39,266 nucleotides of DNA from a virus (taxonomy: Duplodnaviria > Caudoviricetes): the IMG/VR virus record IMGVR_UViG_3300021185_002770, positions 1-39,266 of that record; one strand, written 5' to 3'. The notes below the pieces were generated by a model that worked only from the letters and a program-made list of their open reading frames with translations, did no database searches and was not told where the DNA came from. The position numbers and the translations under genes are program-made. Each line of letters begins with the position of its first letter. Position 1 is the stretch's first letter. This document shows, one piece after another, positions 1-8,712 of this stretch.

Positions 1-34
1 GTCTGCACGCATCGAAGAGTTGGAAGGTAACTGA
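1..34 (+). CDS. 3' end of an upstream tail-fibre paralog (partial)
   Basis: Frame 2 reads SARIEELEGN*, nearly the same as the C-terminus of 1129..2187 (SERIEELEGN*). Confidence 0.8.
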   Translation, partial: SARIEELEGN

Positions 35-35
35 A

Positions 36-1127
36 ATGGGCTTATGGTTGAAGAACGAGGATGGGTTTGTTCCTGTTAGTGGTGGTGGCGGTGCTGGTGG
101 TACTGCTGGCCCGCACGACCACGACTATCTACCATTAGAGGGCGGTGTGCTGACGGGCGACGGACACACTCTCGCTCTTAAGAATGCCACGCCATCGGGA
201 CAGCCTTACATGAGCTTCTATCACAACGGGATTAAGAAGGGGTACATAGGCAACGCAACCGCAACAACGACGGAGTTGAGCGCCGAAACGAATCAGCTAT
301 TGCTGGGCGGTGCAGGCGTTCGGGTCGACACCGACCTAGAGGTTGACGGCACGCTTAACGCCAGCGGTGGCAGTCACGTTCTGAGCGGCGGTAATGCGGT
401 TCTTCAGATAGGCGACGAGGCGGACAGCAGGCCGTACATCTCATGGTTACATGAAGGTGAGCGGGCGGGATATATCGGTTATCCCGATAGCACCTCGTTC
501 AATATCATGGCCGAGAACGGTCGTGGGCTTATTTTAAAGGGCACTGACGTTCGGGTTAACACGGGCGGTGTGGAGCGAGTAGCGGTCGGCGTACTTGTCA
601 ACATCAAATGCGACCTACAGGTTGACGGCATCATACACGCCAACAAAACAGGAGCGAAAGGCAACCCCTCTATCAACCTTGGCGCAAATGGGACGGGCAT
701 CTATGCCGCCTACCATGACACCAACGGCGGCAAGATCCGAACGACTGTTAACAGCAACATTGTTTTTGAAGCAGAGCACGACAAAGTTTCTGTTTACACC
801 GACCTGGGGGTTAACGGCATCATCACCGACAAGAACGGTCCTGTGCGGTCGTTCGCTACCGCTGACGGCATCGACACGGCTGACGTGCTGGAACGTGCAG
901 AGACAGCAACCATGCCAGCACCCGATGACGAGGGTGTTGCGACCGCCGACGCTGACGTTGAGAGCCTGACGGTCAACGAAGTGATGACGGCAATGCTGGC
1001 AAAGATTAAAGAACTGTCTGCTGAGATCGAAGAGTTGAAGGCCAAGGATCGCCCCCTCAAGAAGCAGGCAGCCCCTAGAAAGAAAGCTGCTACTAGGAAG
1101 ACTACTGCTAAGAAGGAGGATAGCTGA
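36..1127 (+). CDS. Tail fibre protein (paralog A) with C-terminal coiled coil and K/A-rich tail
   Basis: N-terminal MGLWLK..VPVSGGGG and HDHDYLPLEGGVLTGD fibre motif. Gly-rich beta repeats (PYxSxxHxGxxxGYIG twice; DLxVDG). C-terminal VNEVMxAMLAKIKELS coiled coil. Lies upstream of baseplate genes. Confidence 0.8.
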   Translation: MGLWLKNEDGFVPVSGGGGAGGTAGPHDHDYLPLEGGVLTGDGHTLALKNATPSGQPYMSFYHNGIKKGYIGNATATTTELSAETNQLLLGGAGVRVDTDLEVDGTLNASGGSHVLSGGNAVLQIGDEADSRPYISWLHEGERAGYIGYPDSTSFNIMAENGRGLILKGTDVRVNTGGVERVAVGVLVNIKCDLQVDGIIHANKTGAKGNPSINLGANGTGIYAAYHDTNGGKIRTTVNSNIVFEAEHDKVSVYTDLGVNGIITDKNGPVRSFATADGIDTADVLERAETATMPAPDDEGVATADADVESLTVNEVMTAMLAKIKELSAEIEELKAKDRPLKKQAAPRKKAATRKTTAKKEDS

Positions 1128-1128
1128 T

Positions 1129-2187
1129 ATGGGCTTATGGATGAAAGACGAGAATGGTAACGCTATCCTGGTCACTTCGGGGCCGGATACCACCGGAGAC
1201 CATGACCACGACGACTACTCAGTCCTGGAAGGAGATCCTACGGACCCTGCTATTCTTGCTGTATGGGAAGAGGGTCAACTACTGTTTGATGGTGAGCAAG
1301 GTAGTAACGGGGTAGACGGTCCCCATAATCATACGGACTATATCCGTATCACCGGGGGGACTATGGTAGGTGACCTGTCATTCTCCTCTTCGACGGGCGT
1401 CCTCAGTCCTTCCCGAATCTACTCCCTTAAAAACGACCTCAACCCTCGATCAGGTTTAGTAGTTAGGTCATCAGACGATGACAACAGCGCTCGGTTAGTT
1501 ATGTATGGGGGAGGGGACCCCCTTTCCGCAGGTACAGCAATGTTGAAGATGGGAGACTACGAATCCCAGGAGTGGACCTCCGCTGGTACGACTATTGGGC
1601 GTGACCTTACAGTCGGTGGGGATGCGTCGATAGGGGGTCATATCAGTATCGTAGGTGATACCACCCTAGACGGTAACATAGATATCAGTGGAGATATTTA
1701 TGGGGATGTCACTTTCGTAGAGCACCTTCCAGTTGAGGGCGTCGAGTACGTTTACTCATCGGATGTCACTGTTAAAGGTAGCGCTGAAAGGGGTTTTGCC
1801 ATCGACCTCAGAGAGAACGTTAACATAGATGCGCTTGTCCGACTCTTATCCTCATACTCTTACGACGATAACAGTACCCTTAAAAACTACTTAGACGTAA
1901 GGGTGGGAGACGGTGAACCCGAATCATCCGTGGCTAGGTTCCGTGAAGACAAGATAGTGGAGATCCCTGGTCAAGTTATCGCCCCTAATATACGATTCGG
2001 TATCCCTAACGGTATTGACACCTCTGATATACTGGACCGTGCCGAGACAGCCATCCTGCCGGACCTTAATGACGAAGATGTAGTCGCTTCCGGCGATGGT
2101 CTAATCACGGTAAACGAAGTCATGGCAGCTATGCTCGCCAAGATTAAAGAACTGTCTGAACGCATCGAAGAACTGGAAGGTAACTGA
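1129..2187 (+). CDS. Tail fibre protein (paralog B)
   Basis: MGLWMK start, HDH/HNH motifs, GGTMVGDL and beta-strand repeats (DLTVGGDASIGG). Shares its C-terminal domain with 36..1127. Confidence 0.8.
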   Translation: MGLWMKDENGNAILVTSGPDTTGDHDHDDYSVLEGDPTDPAILAVWEEGQLLFDGEQGSNGVDGPHNHTDYIRITGGTMVGDLSFSSSTGVLSPSRIYSLKNDLNPRSGLVVRSSDDDNSARLVMYGGGDPLSAGTAMLKMGDYESQEWTSAGTTIGRDLTVGGDASIGGHISIVGDTTLDGNIDISGDIYGDVTFVEHLPVEGVEYVYSSDVTVKGSAERGFAIDLRENVNIDALVRLLSSYSYDDNSTLKNYLDVRVGDGEPESSVARFREDKIVEIPGQVIAPNIRFGIPNGIDTSDILDRAETAILPDLNDEDVVASGDGLITVNEVMAAMLAKIKELSERIEELEGN

Positions 2188-2188
2188 T

Positions 2189-2668
2189 ATGGGACTGTGG
2201 TTAAAACAAGGAGATGATATCATACCCGTATCAGGCGGTGGAGGAGGGGGCACGTTTGAGGGAGAGCACGTTCTCACAGGCGATCCCGATGATCCCCCCA
2301 CAGGTTGGGAAGAAGGTCAACTCCTATGGGACGGTAACACTACTGCTTACGATGGCGACGAGATCATTAATGACGGTGGTGGGCACAACCACGAGAATAC
2401 GTACCTATCGTTAGATGGTGGTACGATCATGGGCAACCTAGGTGTTGAAGGGAATCTTACGGCAAGAGACACTTGGACTCAAGACCTAGCAGTTGACGGC
2501 ACGCTTAGCGTTAGCGGTGCATCAACGACTCAAGACCTAGCAGTTGACGGCACGCTTAGCGTTAGCGGTGCAGCAACTGTGGAAGGTAAACGTGTTGTTA
2601 CCGTTACAACGAGCAACGGTACTCCACCTAGCGGAGCGTCGGAAGGCGATATCCATATCCAGGTCTGA
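2189..2668 (+). CDS. Short tail fibre protein (paralog C), likely carrying the downstream adhesin
   Basis: MGLWLK start, HNHENTYLSLDGGTIMGNL, duplicated TQDLAVDGTLSVSGA, and C-terminal TPPSGASEGDIHIQV. Confidence 0.75.
   Translation: MGLWLKQGDDIIPVSGGGGGGTFEGEHVLTGDPDDPPTGWEEGQLLWDGNTTAYDGDEIINDGGGHNHENTYLSLDGGTIMGNLGVEGNLTARDTWTQDLAVDGTLSVSGASTTQDLAVDGTLSVSGAATVEGKRVVTVTTSNGTPPSGASEGDIHIQV
2476..2572 (+). repeat. Perfect 46-bp direct repeat, two copies, 51-bp period (in frame)
   Basis: gactcaagacctagcagttgacggcacgcttagcgttagcggtgca at 2476-2521 and 2527-2572. Confidence 0.95.
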
Positions 2669-2670
2669 GT

Positions 2671-4791
2671 ATGTCATCTCTTAACGACGTTTACCCTCAC
2701 AAAACCAACTCATATGTTGGAGGCTGGAAGTCCTGGAAAAAGCCGTCCGCATACGTTGACGGTTCTTGGAAAGACGGTAAAGAAGCGTGGGTTTTCAAGG
2801 ACGGGGCGTGGGTTCACGTCTGGAGTAGTGTAGCCGCTGGTACCTTTCCAAAAGCCCCCGTCGCTACTGTGTCTAACGAGGGGGTTGATAGTAATGTTAA
2901 GGTGGCATGGGATGCCGTCCCCCAGGCTAACTCTTACGACGTATATAACGTAGACGGGACTGCTGTTACTGGGACTGGGGGAACTACTGCTAAAGTCTTT
3001 ACTGATACCAATCCCCAGGACGGTAAGGCCGGTTACAAAGTTAAAGCTAACCTACCGGGTGATTACGGTAGCACGGAATCAACCTCCAATATCTTAACAT
3101 TGGCTCAAGCTCCTTCGTCGTTGACGGCAGCAGCACCGACAAACGGTGACGATGTTGCGTTGAGCTGGTCGGTTGTTGGCTGCGGGCATCACGATCAGAT
3201 TCAAGTTGTGCGAGGAGGAGCTTCGCTCGCATATCTGGCGAGAGGTGTTACGTCGTACACCGACACGAATGCACGACAGGGCACTGTCGAGTCGTACAAA
3301 GTGCGGGCGGTCATCTCGGGCAATCATGGCCCTTACTCAAACACGGCCACGTCATCGATCCCGGCGAAGGTGCCGACAAGCGTGAAGGCGGTTGCGACGA
3401 CAACGAAGGGTCAGCTCAAGCTGACGTGGGTGAACCCTACCGGCCACAACACGAACACCGGTTACCAAGTGCAAGCGAACGACGGAGGCTGGGTTAATAC
3501 GGGCAGCGATGAGTCGCCAAGCTATTACACATTCACGGGTTCTGGATCGAAGTCAATGCGGGTCCGTGCGCTGTCGGAAGGCGGGTCTTCCTCATACGTC
3601 ACCGCATCGGCTACGCCGGTCTGGTTGTATGCGCCAAACGTTCCAAAGAGCGTGTCCATTGCATCGACTACTACGCAGGGTCAATTGAAGCTGTCGTGGT
3701 CTGCTCCTACGACTGACACATCGCATGATGCGGCGGCGTCCTACGTTGTCGAAACGTCAACGGACGATAAAACGTGGACCGATCGGGGACCTCAAACGTC
3801 GCCTTACAGTTACACGTTCACAGGTAGTTCAGGCGATCGATACATGCGAGTGAAGGCAATAAACAATGCCGGGTCGTCTGCTTGGGTGAAGAAGAGTACC
3901 GCACCCTTGTGGGCGAAGCCGACACCCTCAGCGCCCTCCGTCTCACTCTTCGCCCCCGATACTGGTTACGGTAAAATGCACATAACGTTCAAGACTTCAA
4001 GTGCGAACAACCACGAGTACCGAGTAGCTCATAGGATCAACAGTGGTAGTTGGGTCTACGGGTCTTGGGTGAGTGTATCGAATAACAGCACTAAGAAGGT
4101 CAATGTCGTAAACCATAGCGATAGTACCGATAAGATTTACTGTTTTGTGGACGTACGAAACTCTACCGGCCAGTCATCCCGAAGCGTTGTAGCAGACTAC
4201 ACGCTACGTCGTTACAATTGGAATATGGGAGCACAGGCTTGTAGTCACTGGCAAGTACGTACTGGCATGGGTCCTAACCACGGAAGTTTCCAATGGGTCA
4301 GTAGTCTTGCTAATAACTCCGTGCAGGGGTACTTTGACTCGCAGTCTAAGAGGTACCACGGTATATGGACCTACGGGTATAACACTATTAAGAACGCCCA
4401 CACTGCACGAGGGTCACACTGTGGTGCCACGGTTACTATTGAAAGTGCTTACTTCCTAGCTTCCAGACGTACCGGGGGCACTTATCAGTCTACTAACGTG
4501 TGGCTGGGAGGGCATGGTCACACTAGCATTCCCCCTAAAGATCAGGTTTGGGAAGCCCCGGTCACAGGTGCTGAGAACGTGGGACAGATATCTATAGGAG
4601 CAGGACCGGATCACCATAAATGGGTCCCTATCCCCCTTAACGTTAGGAATAAGCTAGTAGCAGGAACCTTTCACGGTCTGGGTGTTTGTAAAGACTCGGG
4701 AGGTTCTAATAATGAACGAAACTACGCAGTATATAACAGCCTTGCCGAGGACGGCGCTTCTGGCATGATTACCTTCTACTGCTGGGGCTGA
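2671..4791 (+). CDS. Fibronectin type III repeat tail/adhesin protein, putative receptor-binding protein
   Basis: Trp-rich N-terminus. Several FN3-like units (VAWDAVP..SYDVY..FTDT..YKVKA; LSWS..YTDT..YKVRA; GQLKLTW/GQLKLSW..SPxxYTFTGS..MRVxA). Distinct C-terminal domain. Confidence 0.8.
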   Translation: MSSLNDVYPHKTNSYVGGWKSWKKPSAYVDGSWKDGKEAWVFKDGAWVHVWSSVAAGTFPKAPVATVSNEGVDSNVKVAWDAVPQANSYDVYNVDGTAVTGTGGTTAKVFTDTNPQDGKAGYKVKANLPGDYGSTESTSNILTLAQAPSSLTAAAPTNGDDVALSWSVVGCGHHDQIQVVRGGASLAYLARGVTSYTDTNARQGTVESYKVRAVISGNHGPYSNTATSSIPAKVPTSVKAVATTTKGQLKLTWVNPTGHNTNTGYQVQANDGGWVNTGSDESPSYYTFTGSGSKSMRVRALSEGGSSSYVTASATPVWLYAPNVPKSVSIASTTTQGQLKLSWSAPTTDTSHDAAASYVVETSTDDKTWTDRGPQTSPYSYTFTGSSGDRYMRVKAINNAGSSAWVKKSTAPLWAKPTPSAPSVSLFAPDTGYGKMHITFKTSSANNHEYRVAHRINSGSWVYGSWVSVSNNSTKKVNVVNHSDSTDKIYCFVDVRNSTGQSSRSVVADYTLRRYNWNMGAQACSHWQVRTGMGPNHGSFQWVSSLANNSVQGYFDSQSKRYHGIWTYGYNTIKNAHTARGSHCGATVTIESAYFLASRRTGGTYQSTNVWLGGHGHTSIPPKDQVWEAPVTGAENVGQISIGAGPDHHKWVPIPLNVRNKLVAGTFHGLGVCKDSGGSNNERNYAVYNSLAEDGASGMITFYCWG

Positions 4792-4833
4792 CCTGTATGA
4801 CAGGTACCCGCCCGTGTAAAACCCCTAGAACCA

Positions 4834-4842
4834 TGGTATACT
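4834..4842 (+). promoter_or_regulatory. Extended -10 promoter (TGGTATACT) for the baseplate genes
   Basis: TGnTATACT in the intergenic gap, with a GGAG RBS before ATG 4867. The -35 is weak. Confidence 0.55.
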
Positions 4843-4866
4843 GTACGAGAACGGAGATTACAGATT

Positions 4867-5259
4867 ATGAAAAGTATTAAAACGCCATTCTCCGTCGAAG
4901 ACGGATCAACCGCTACTACTAGAACCTTTGATACGGCTATCAAACAGAAGATTACCGATGTTTTGGTAACATCCTATAACGAGAGACCGGCAAACCCTAG
5001 TTATGGGGGCAATATCTGGGCTAATCTGTTTGATACCTTTGGCGAGCTAGAGCAGGCAGACTACAAGGTAGACCTAATCTCCTCTATCTCCAGAAGCGTA
5101 TCCTCCGTATCCATCCGTGACGTACTATTTGACACATCTGAACCTGGTGTAGTGATCGTCACTATTTTATACTCTACCCCCCTTTCGGCGGTAGTCAGGC
5201 TTACATTAAACCTTCCCACCCCCTTCAACGAAGAGAGCGCCTTGACCGATGGCATTTAA
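4867..5259 (+). CDS. Baseplate wedge protein, gp25/GPW-like
   Basis: 130 aa with IKQKITDVLVTSYNERPANPSYGGNI..LFD, matching the gp25 ER..P.YG motif. Precedes baseplate J. Confidence 0.85.
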   Translation: MKSIKTPFSVEDGSTATTRTFDTAIKQKITDVLVTSYNERPANPSYGGNIWANLFDTFGELEQADYKVDLISSISRSVSSVSIRDVLFDTSEPGVVIVTILYSTPLSAVVRLTLNLPTPFNEESALTDGI

Positions 5260-6832
5260 TTACACCTCCAGAACGTACAGCACGATCAAAAGCGATCTAC
5301 TGGCTCGTGCCAGTCTCGCTCTCCCCGAGTGGACTGACCGGGACCCCTCAGACTTTATGATGCAGCTTATTGACTTGTGGGCGTACGCAGGTGACTCCAT
5401 GCACTACTACATCGACCGTGGAGCGGGTGAGGCTTTCCTCCCCACAGCGCAGATGAGAGAGTCAGTCTTGGCTCACGCCAACCTGTTTGATTACCTCCCA
5501 AGCAATCGGGTGGGGGCGACCTCGACTATCACCCTATTTAACAACCTTGAAAATGACTCCACAAATGTCCCCATGTATACACGCTTTAAATTACAGCATG
5601 ACGGAAAGGCTCACAACGTTTACTCGACTGGTAACTTCACGATAGCCCCCGGTGTTGCTAAGATCGTGGTCGCAGAGGGGGATATCATCCAAGAGCGTGT
5701 TCTCACTTCCTCCTCGTCAGGCAGGGACCGCCAGAGTTACACCCTCCCGAAAAAGGGTGTAGTCATCTCCTCTCTTGTTGTCCGTGTATATGAGATTGAA
5801 GATCGCCCCGTTATCTATCAGCACGTTGATCGTCTGATTAACGCAAACGCTGGGGACCGCGTGTTTAGCACCCGTACCAACTCAGACGGTTACACGGAGA
5901 TCCACTTCGGTAGTTCAATTAATGGCGTGGCACCCTTTACAGGCACCGAGATTACAGCTACGTATGCTACTTGTAAGGGTAGTGCCGGTAACTTTCCTGC
6001 CAAGTCCAGTGAGTTCGTGTCCTGGTACTCATCTCCCATCATCGGAATGGAGATCCGTGGCTCCGATACGTTTACTGGGGGCCAGGACGAAGAGTCCATA
6101 GCGTCGATGAAGGCGAACATCCCGAACACCATTGCCTCTCAGAACCGTGCTGTTACTAAGCAGGACTTTGTGGCTTTGACAACCCAGGTTCCAGGAGTCA
6201 GTAAGGTAGCGGTGGAGTACATCCAACCACTGGGTGCAGACGCATCTACAGGTATTATACCGAACGGTGTGGTAAAGCTGCACCCCCATAACTTTGATAG
6301 TAATTACCTCGACACTTCGGTTGTTACCGATGAGGGCGGGAACGATATCACCCCGTCATACCATACTGTCTCACCACTCCTTGCGGATGCGATTATCGAA
6401 TCGATTGCCCCCCGTGCTCTCCTTGGGGTAGACATAGAGGTAGTAGATAGGATTGATTGGACCGCCATCGACATTGAACTGATCGTACACGTTAACCCCC
6501 GCTTCGTTACTGACTGGGTTAAACGGGATGTGGAAGAAAACCTAGACCGTTTGTTTATGTTTGATAACGTGTTCTTTGGACAGAAGATGCACCTAGGCCA
6601 GGTATATCAGTTTGCACTGGGTGTGGACGGGGTTGATTACGTTACCGTACAAAGGTTCAGCGATAGGGACTTCGATGTCGAACCCAAACCTATTATTGGA
6701 GATGACGACCCACTTGATGTCTCGCAGGAGATCCAAATCAGTGACATCAAACTCCCGAAAAAGGGCAGAATCATAGTTAAAGGTACGGGTGGTATCTCAT
6801 ACGATCCAGATCGGAATACAGAGGATAGCTGA
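5249..6832 (+). CDS. Baseplate J / T4 gp6-like wedge protein
   Basis: NYTSRTYSTIKSDL..WTDRDPSDF..LxDLWAY..YYIDR..EAFLPTA, GGQDEESIASMK..NRAVTKQDF and GVDYV. Confidence 0.9.
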   Translation: MAFNYTSRTYSTIKSDLLARASLALPEWTDRDPSDFMMQLIDLWAYAGDSMHYYIDRGAGEAFLPTAQMRESVLAHANLFDYLPSNRVGATSTITLFNNLENDSTNVPMYTRFKLQHDGKAHNVYSTGNFTIAPGVAKIVVAEGDIIQERVLTSSSSGRDRQSYTLPKKGVVISSLVVRVYEIEDRPVIYQHVDRLINANAGDRVFSTRTNSDGYTEIHFGSSINGVAPFTGTEITATYATCKGSAGNFPAKSSEFVSWYSSPIIGMEIRGSDTFTGGQDEESIASMKANIPNTIASQNRAVTKQDFVALTTQVPGVSKVAVEYIQPLGADASTGIIPNGVVKLHPHNFDSNYLDTSVVTDEGGNDITPSYHTVSPLLADAIIESIAPRALLGVDIEVVDRIDWTAIDIELIVHVNPRFVTDWVKRDVEENLDRLFMFDNVFFGQKMHLGQVYQFALGVDGVDYVTVQRFSDRDFDVEPKPIIGDDDPLDVSQEIQISDIKLPKKGRIIVKGTGGISYDPDRNTEDS

Positions 6833-8637
6833 TGGCACGCATAGCTTTCCAGCTTCGCCGGGTGATGGGGGACCAGGGTTCGTACATAAGGTATGACGGC
6901 CCCTCACCCAGTGCTTCCAGTGCCGATCCAGACGACTTCGTAGACGTTCAAGCTCAGGCTGACAGGCTTGATGTCGATAACCAATTAAAGGCAAGCGGTC
7001 TGCTGCTGCCCCCATCTGGGGGTGCTACAGACAGCTACTTTGAGGCAACCACCACTACCTACGGTTATCCTAATCCGGCATCTAATGAGCCGAACGCCAC
7101 AGGTCGTGTCCATCTTAAGTGGAGCGTTCCTTTTGAGCCTATTAAGGATCTTGTTGAGGTAACTCCGCAAGCGGTAGGGTACATGCTGGTCTACTCCGAC
7201 CAGGGTGCCCCCGAGACGATCTCTAACGGTGGGATACTTAGCGAGGGCTACAGGTTTGAGGAAGACACCATTGTTACTACATCCTTCACGCACGACGGAC
7301 GTAGGGAAGGCAGGTGGGCTTACTACTCCTTGTTCGTCAACTACCGTAATAACCCAAACGCAACTAGGGCTGATAGTAACATTGTGGGAGACGACGCTAT
7401 CGACCCTAGAGAATGGGCTGGATTCTACGAACGTGTAGCTTCTCTTGCTGTAATCGTTCCGAAGGATTACGGGTCTACTATGGGACTTTACAGCCGTATC
7501 CCTAATCATTACAGAGTGGCTGACGAAGCTCAGGGTACCTCCCCCGACACTACCGTTATCGAAGTTGGTGATGGGGACTCTCCCGATAAAGTCACCTGTC
7601 CTGAGTACGGGACGCTTCCACCTGGTGGCAAGATCGGCCCCCTCTTCAAGTTCTTATCTATCATAGGGTATGAGATGGATCGTATGCGTACGATTATCGA
7701 TCACAATATGCTTGCCGTCGATCCTGATATCACAGGACCAGAGACACTGGATGCTGTTGCCGGTCACTTCGGAGCTAACCTCAGTCAGAGCGACCTCGGG
7801 ACCATCCGTCAGCGACAGATGATGGACAACCTAGGGCTTTTCCGTAGGACTAAGGGTACGGAGTTTGGAACCTCCTTCTTCTTAGAAGCTGTTACCGAAC
7901 GGGACGTAGGTATCGATGTTGATAATAAAACTCTGACACTCTACTCAGCTCGTGTGAACCACATTCTCAACCCACGTAATGTCGGATTCATTGATGACCG
8001 TGACCCCTACGAAATTATGACCCCCAAGTCACCTGGTGACCAACTACTTGGGGACGATGACGAAGCCACTGCCGCCGTCACCCTTAAGTCCCCCGTCAAC
8101 GTAGTGGAACTGGATAAGGTGGTGTTTAGCATACATGCCGGGGGGTCTAACTTAGACAACGTATTATGGGCAAGGTGTCTGAACTTGGATGGCTCTCCTG
8201 TGACTACTCCCAACGGTGGAGCCGCCCTGTGCCTGTATCCTATTAAGGTAGACGGTACTCATTACTTTGAGATAGAGATTCCCTATGACTTTCCAGGGGG
8301 CGAGGTCTACGTTCAGTACGGGGTCAAAGACTGGGATCAGATGAGTAGCGAAAAGCTCAACTCGTACTACCTATTGGAACTCAACCATATCGGACCCTAC
8401 TTTGATGGTGATGTTATTCGTGGTGGCTGGTTCAAGGATGAGAACAACACGATATCTGACTATCGCTGGGAAGGTGGACGTCACGAGTCACGCTCTCTCT
8501 ACGCCGATCAGTGGGAGAGGACTAATGGGTTCCTAGATACCATCCGTGAAGAAGTCCTACCGATCACGGAGCTAGACAAGTACGATGTTCTGGATTACGA
8601 CGCAGTGTTGGGCGATCTGCCCCCAAGCCCCGACTAA
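6832..8637 (+). CDS. Baseplate wedge/tail protein (P2 gpI / gp7-like domain)
   Basis: LYSRIPNHYRVAD..PLFKFLSIIGYEMD..LDAVAGHFG..FRRTKGT. Coupled to baseplate J by a TGATG overlap. Confidence 0.7.
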   Translation: MARIAFQLRRVMGDQGSYIRYDGPSPSASSADPDDFVDVQAQADRLDVDNQLKASGLLLPPSGGATDSYFEATTTTYGYPNPASNEPNATGRVHLKWSVPFEPIKDLVEVTPQAVGYMLVYSDQGAPETISNGGILSEGYRFEEDTIVTTSFTHDGRREGRWAYYSLFVNYRNNPNATRADSNIVGDDAIDPREWAGFYERVASLAVIVPKDYGSTMGLYSRIPNHYRVADEAQGTSPDTTVIEVGDGDSPDKVTCPEYGTLPPGGKIGPLFKFLSIIGYEMDRMRTIIDHNMLAVDPDITGPETLDAVAGHFGANLSQSDLGTIRQRQMMDNLGLFRRTKGTEFGTSFFLEAVTERDVGIDVDNKTLTLYSARVNHILNPRNVGFIDDRDPYEIMTPKSPGDQLLGDDDEATAAVTLKSPVNVVELDKVVFSIHAGGSNLDNVLWARCLNLDGSPVTTPNGGAALCLYPIKVDGTHYFEIEIPYDFPGGEVYVQYGVKDWDQMSSEKLNSYYLLELNHIGPYFDGDVIRGGWFKDENNTISDYRWEGGRHESRSLYADQWERTNGFLDTIREEVLPITELDKYDVLDYDAVLGDLPPSPD

Positions 8638-8650
8638 TTGGTGCTAGGTG

Positions 8651-8679
8651 TTGCATCTGTAGAGATTAGGTGGTAGAGT
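8651..8679 (+). promoter_or_regulatory. SigA-type promoter for the replication operon
   Basis: TTGCAT-N17-TAGAGT with an extended TG. GGAAGG RBS before ATG 8713. Confidence 0.65.
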
Positions 8680-8712
8680 ACCTAACACTCACTACAGGAA
8701 GGATTCAACATC

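Noticed and set aside
1116-1128. gaggatagctgat shared by the ends of fibre A and baseplate J (6821-6833)
   Set aside because: It is explained by an embedded Shine-Dalgarno plus stop/start coupling.
1-4791. Diversity-generating retroelement or invertase shufflon acting on the fibre genes
   Set aside because: I saw no reverse transcriptase or invertase, no adenine-specific TR/VR pair and no inverted cassettes in the window.
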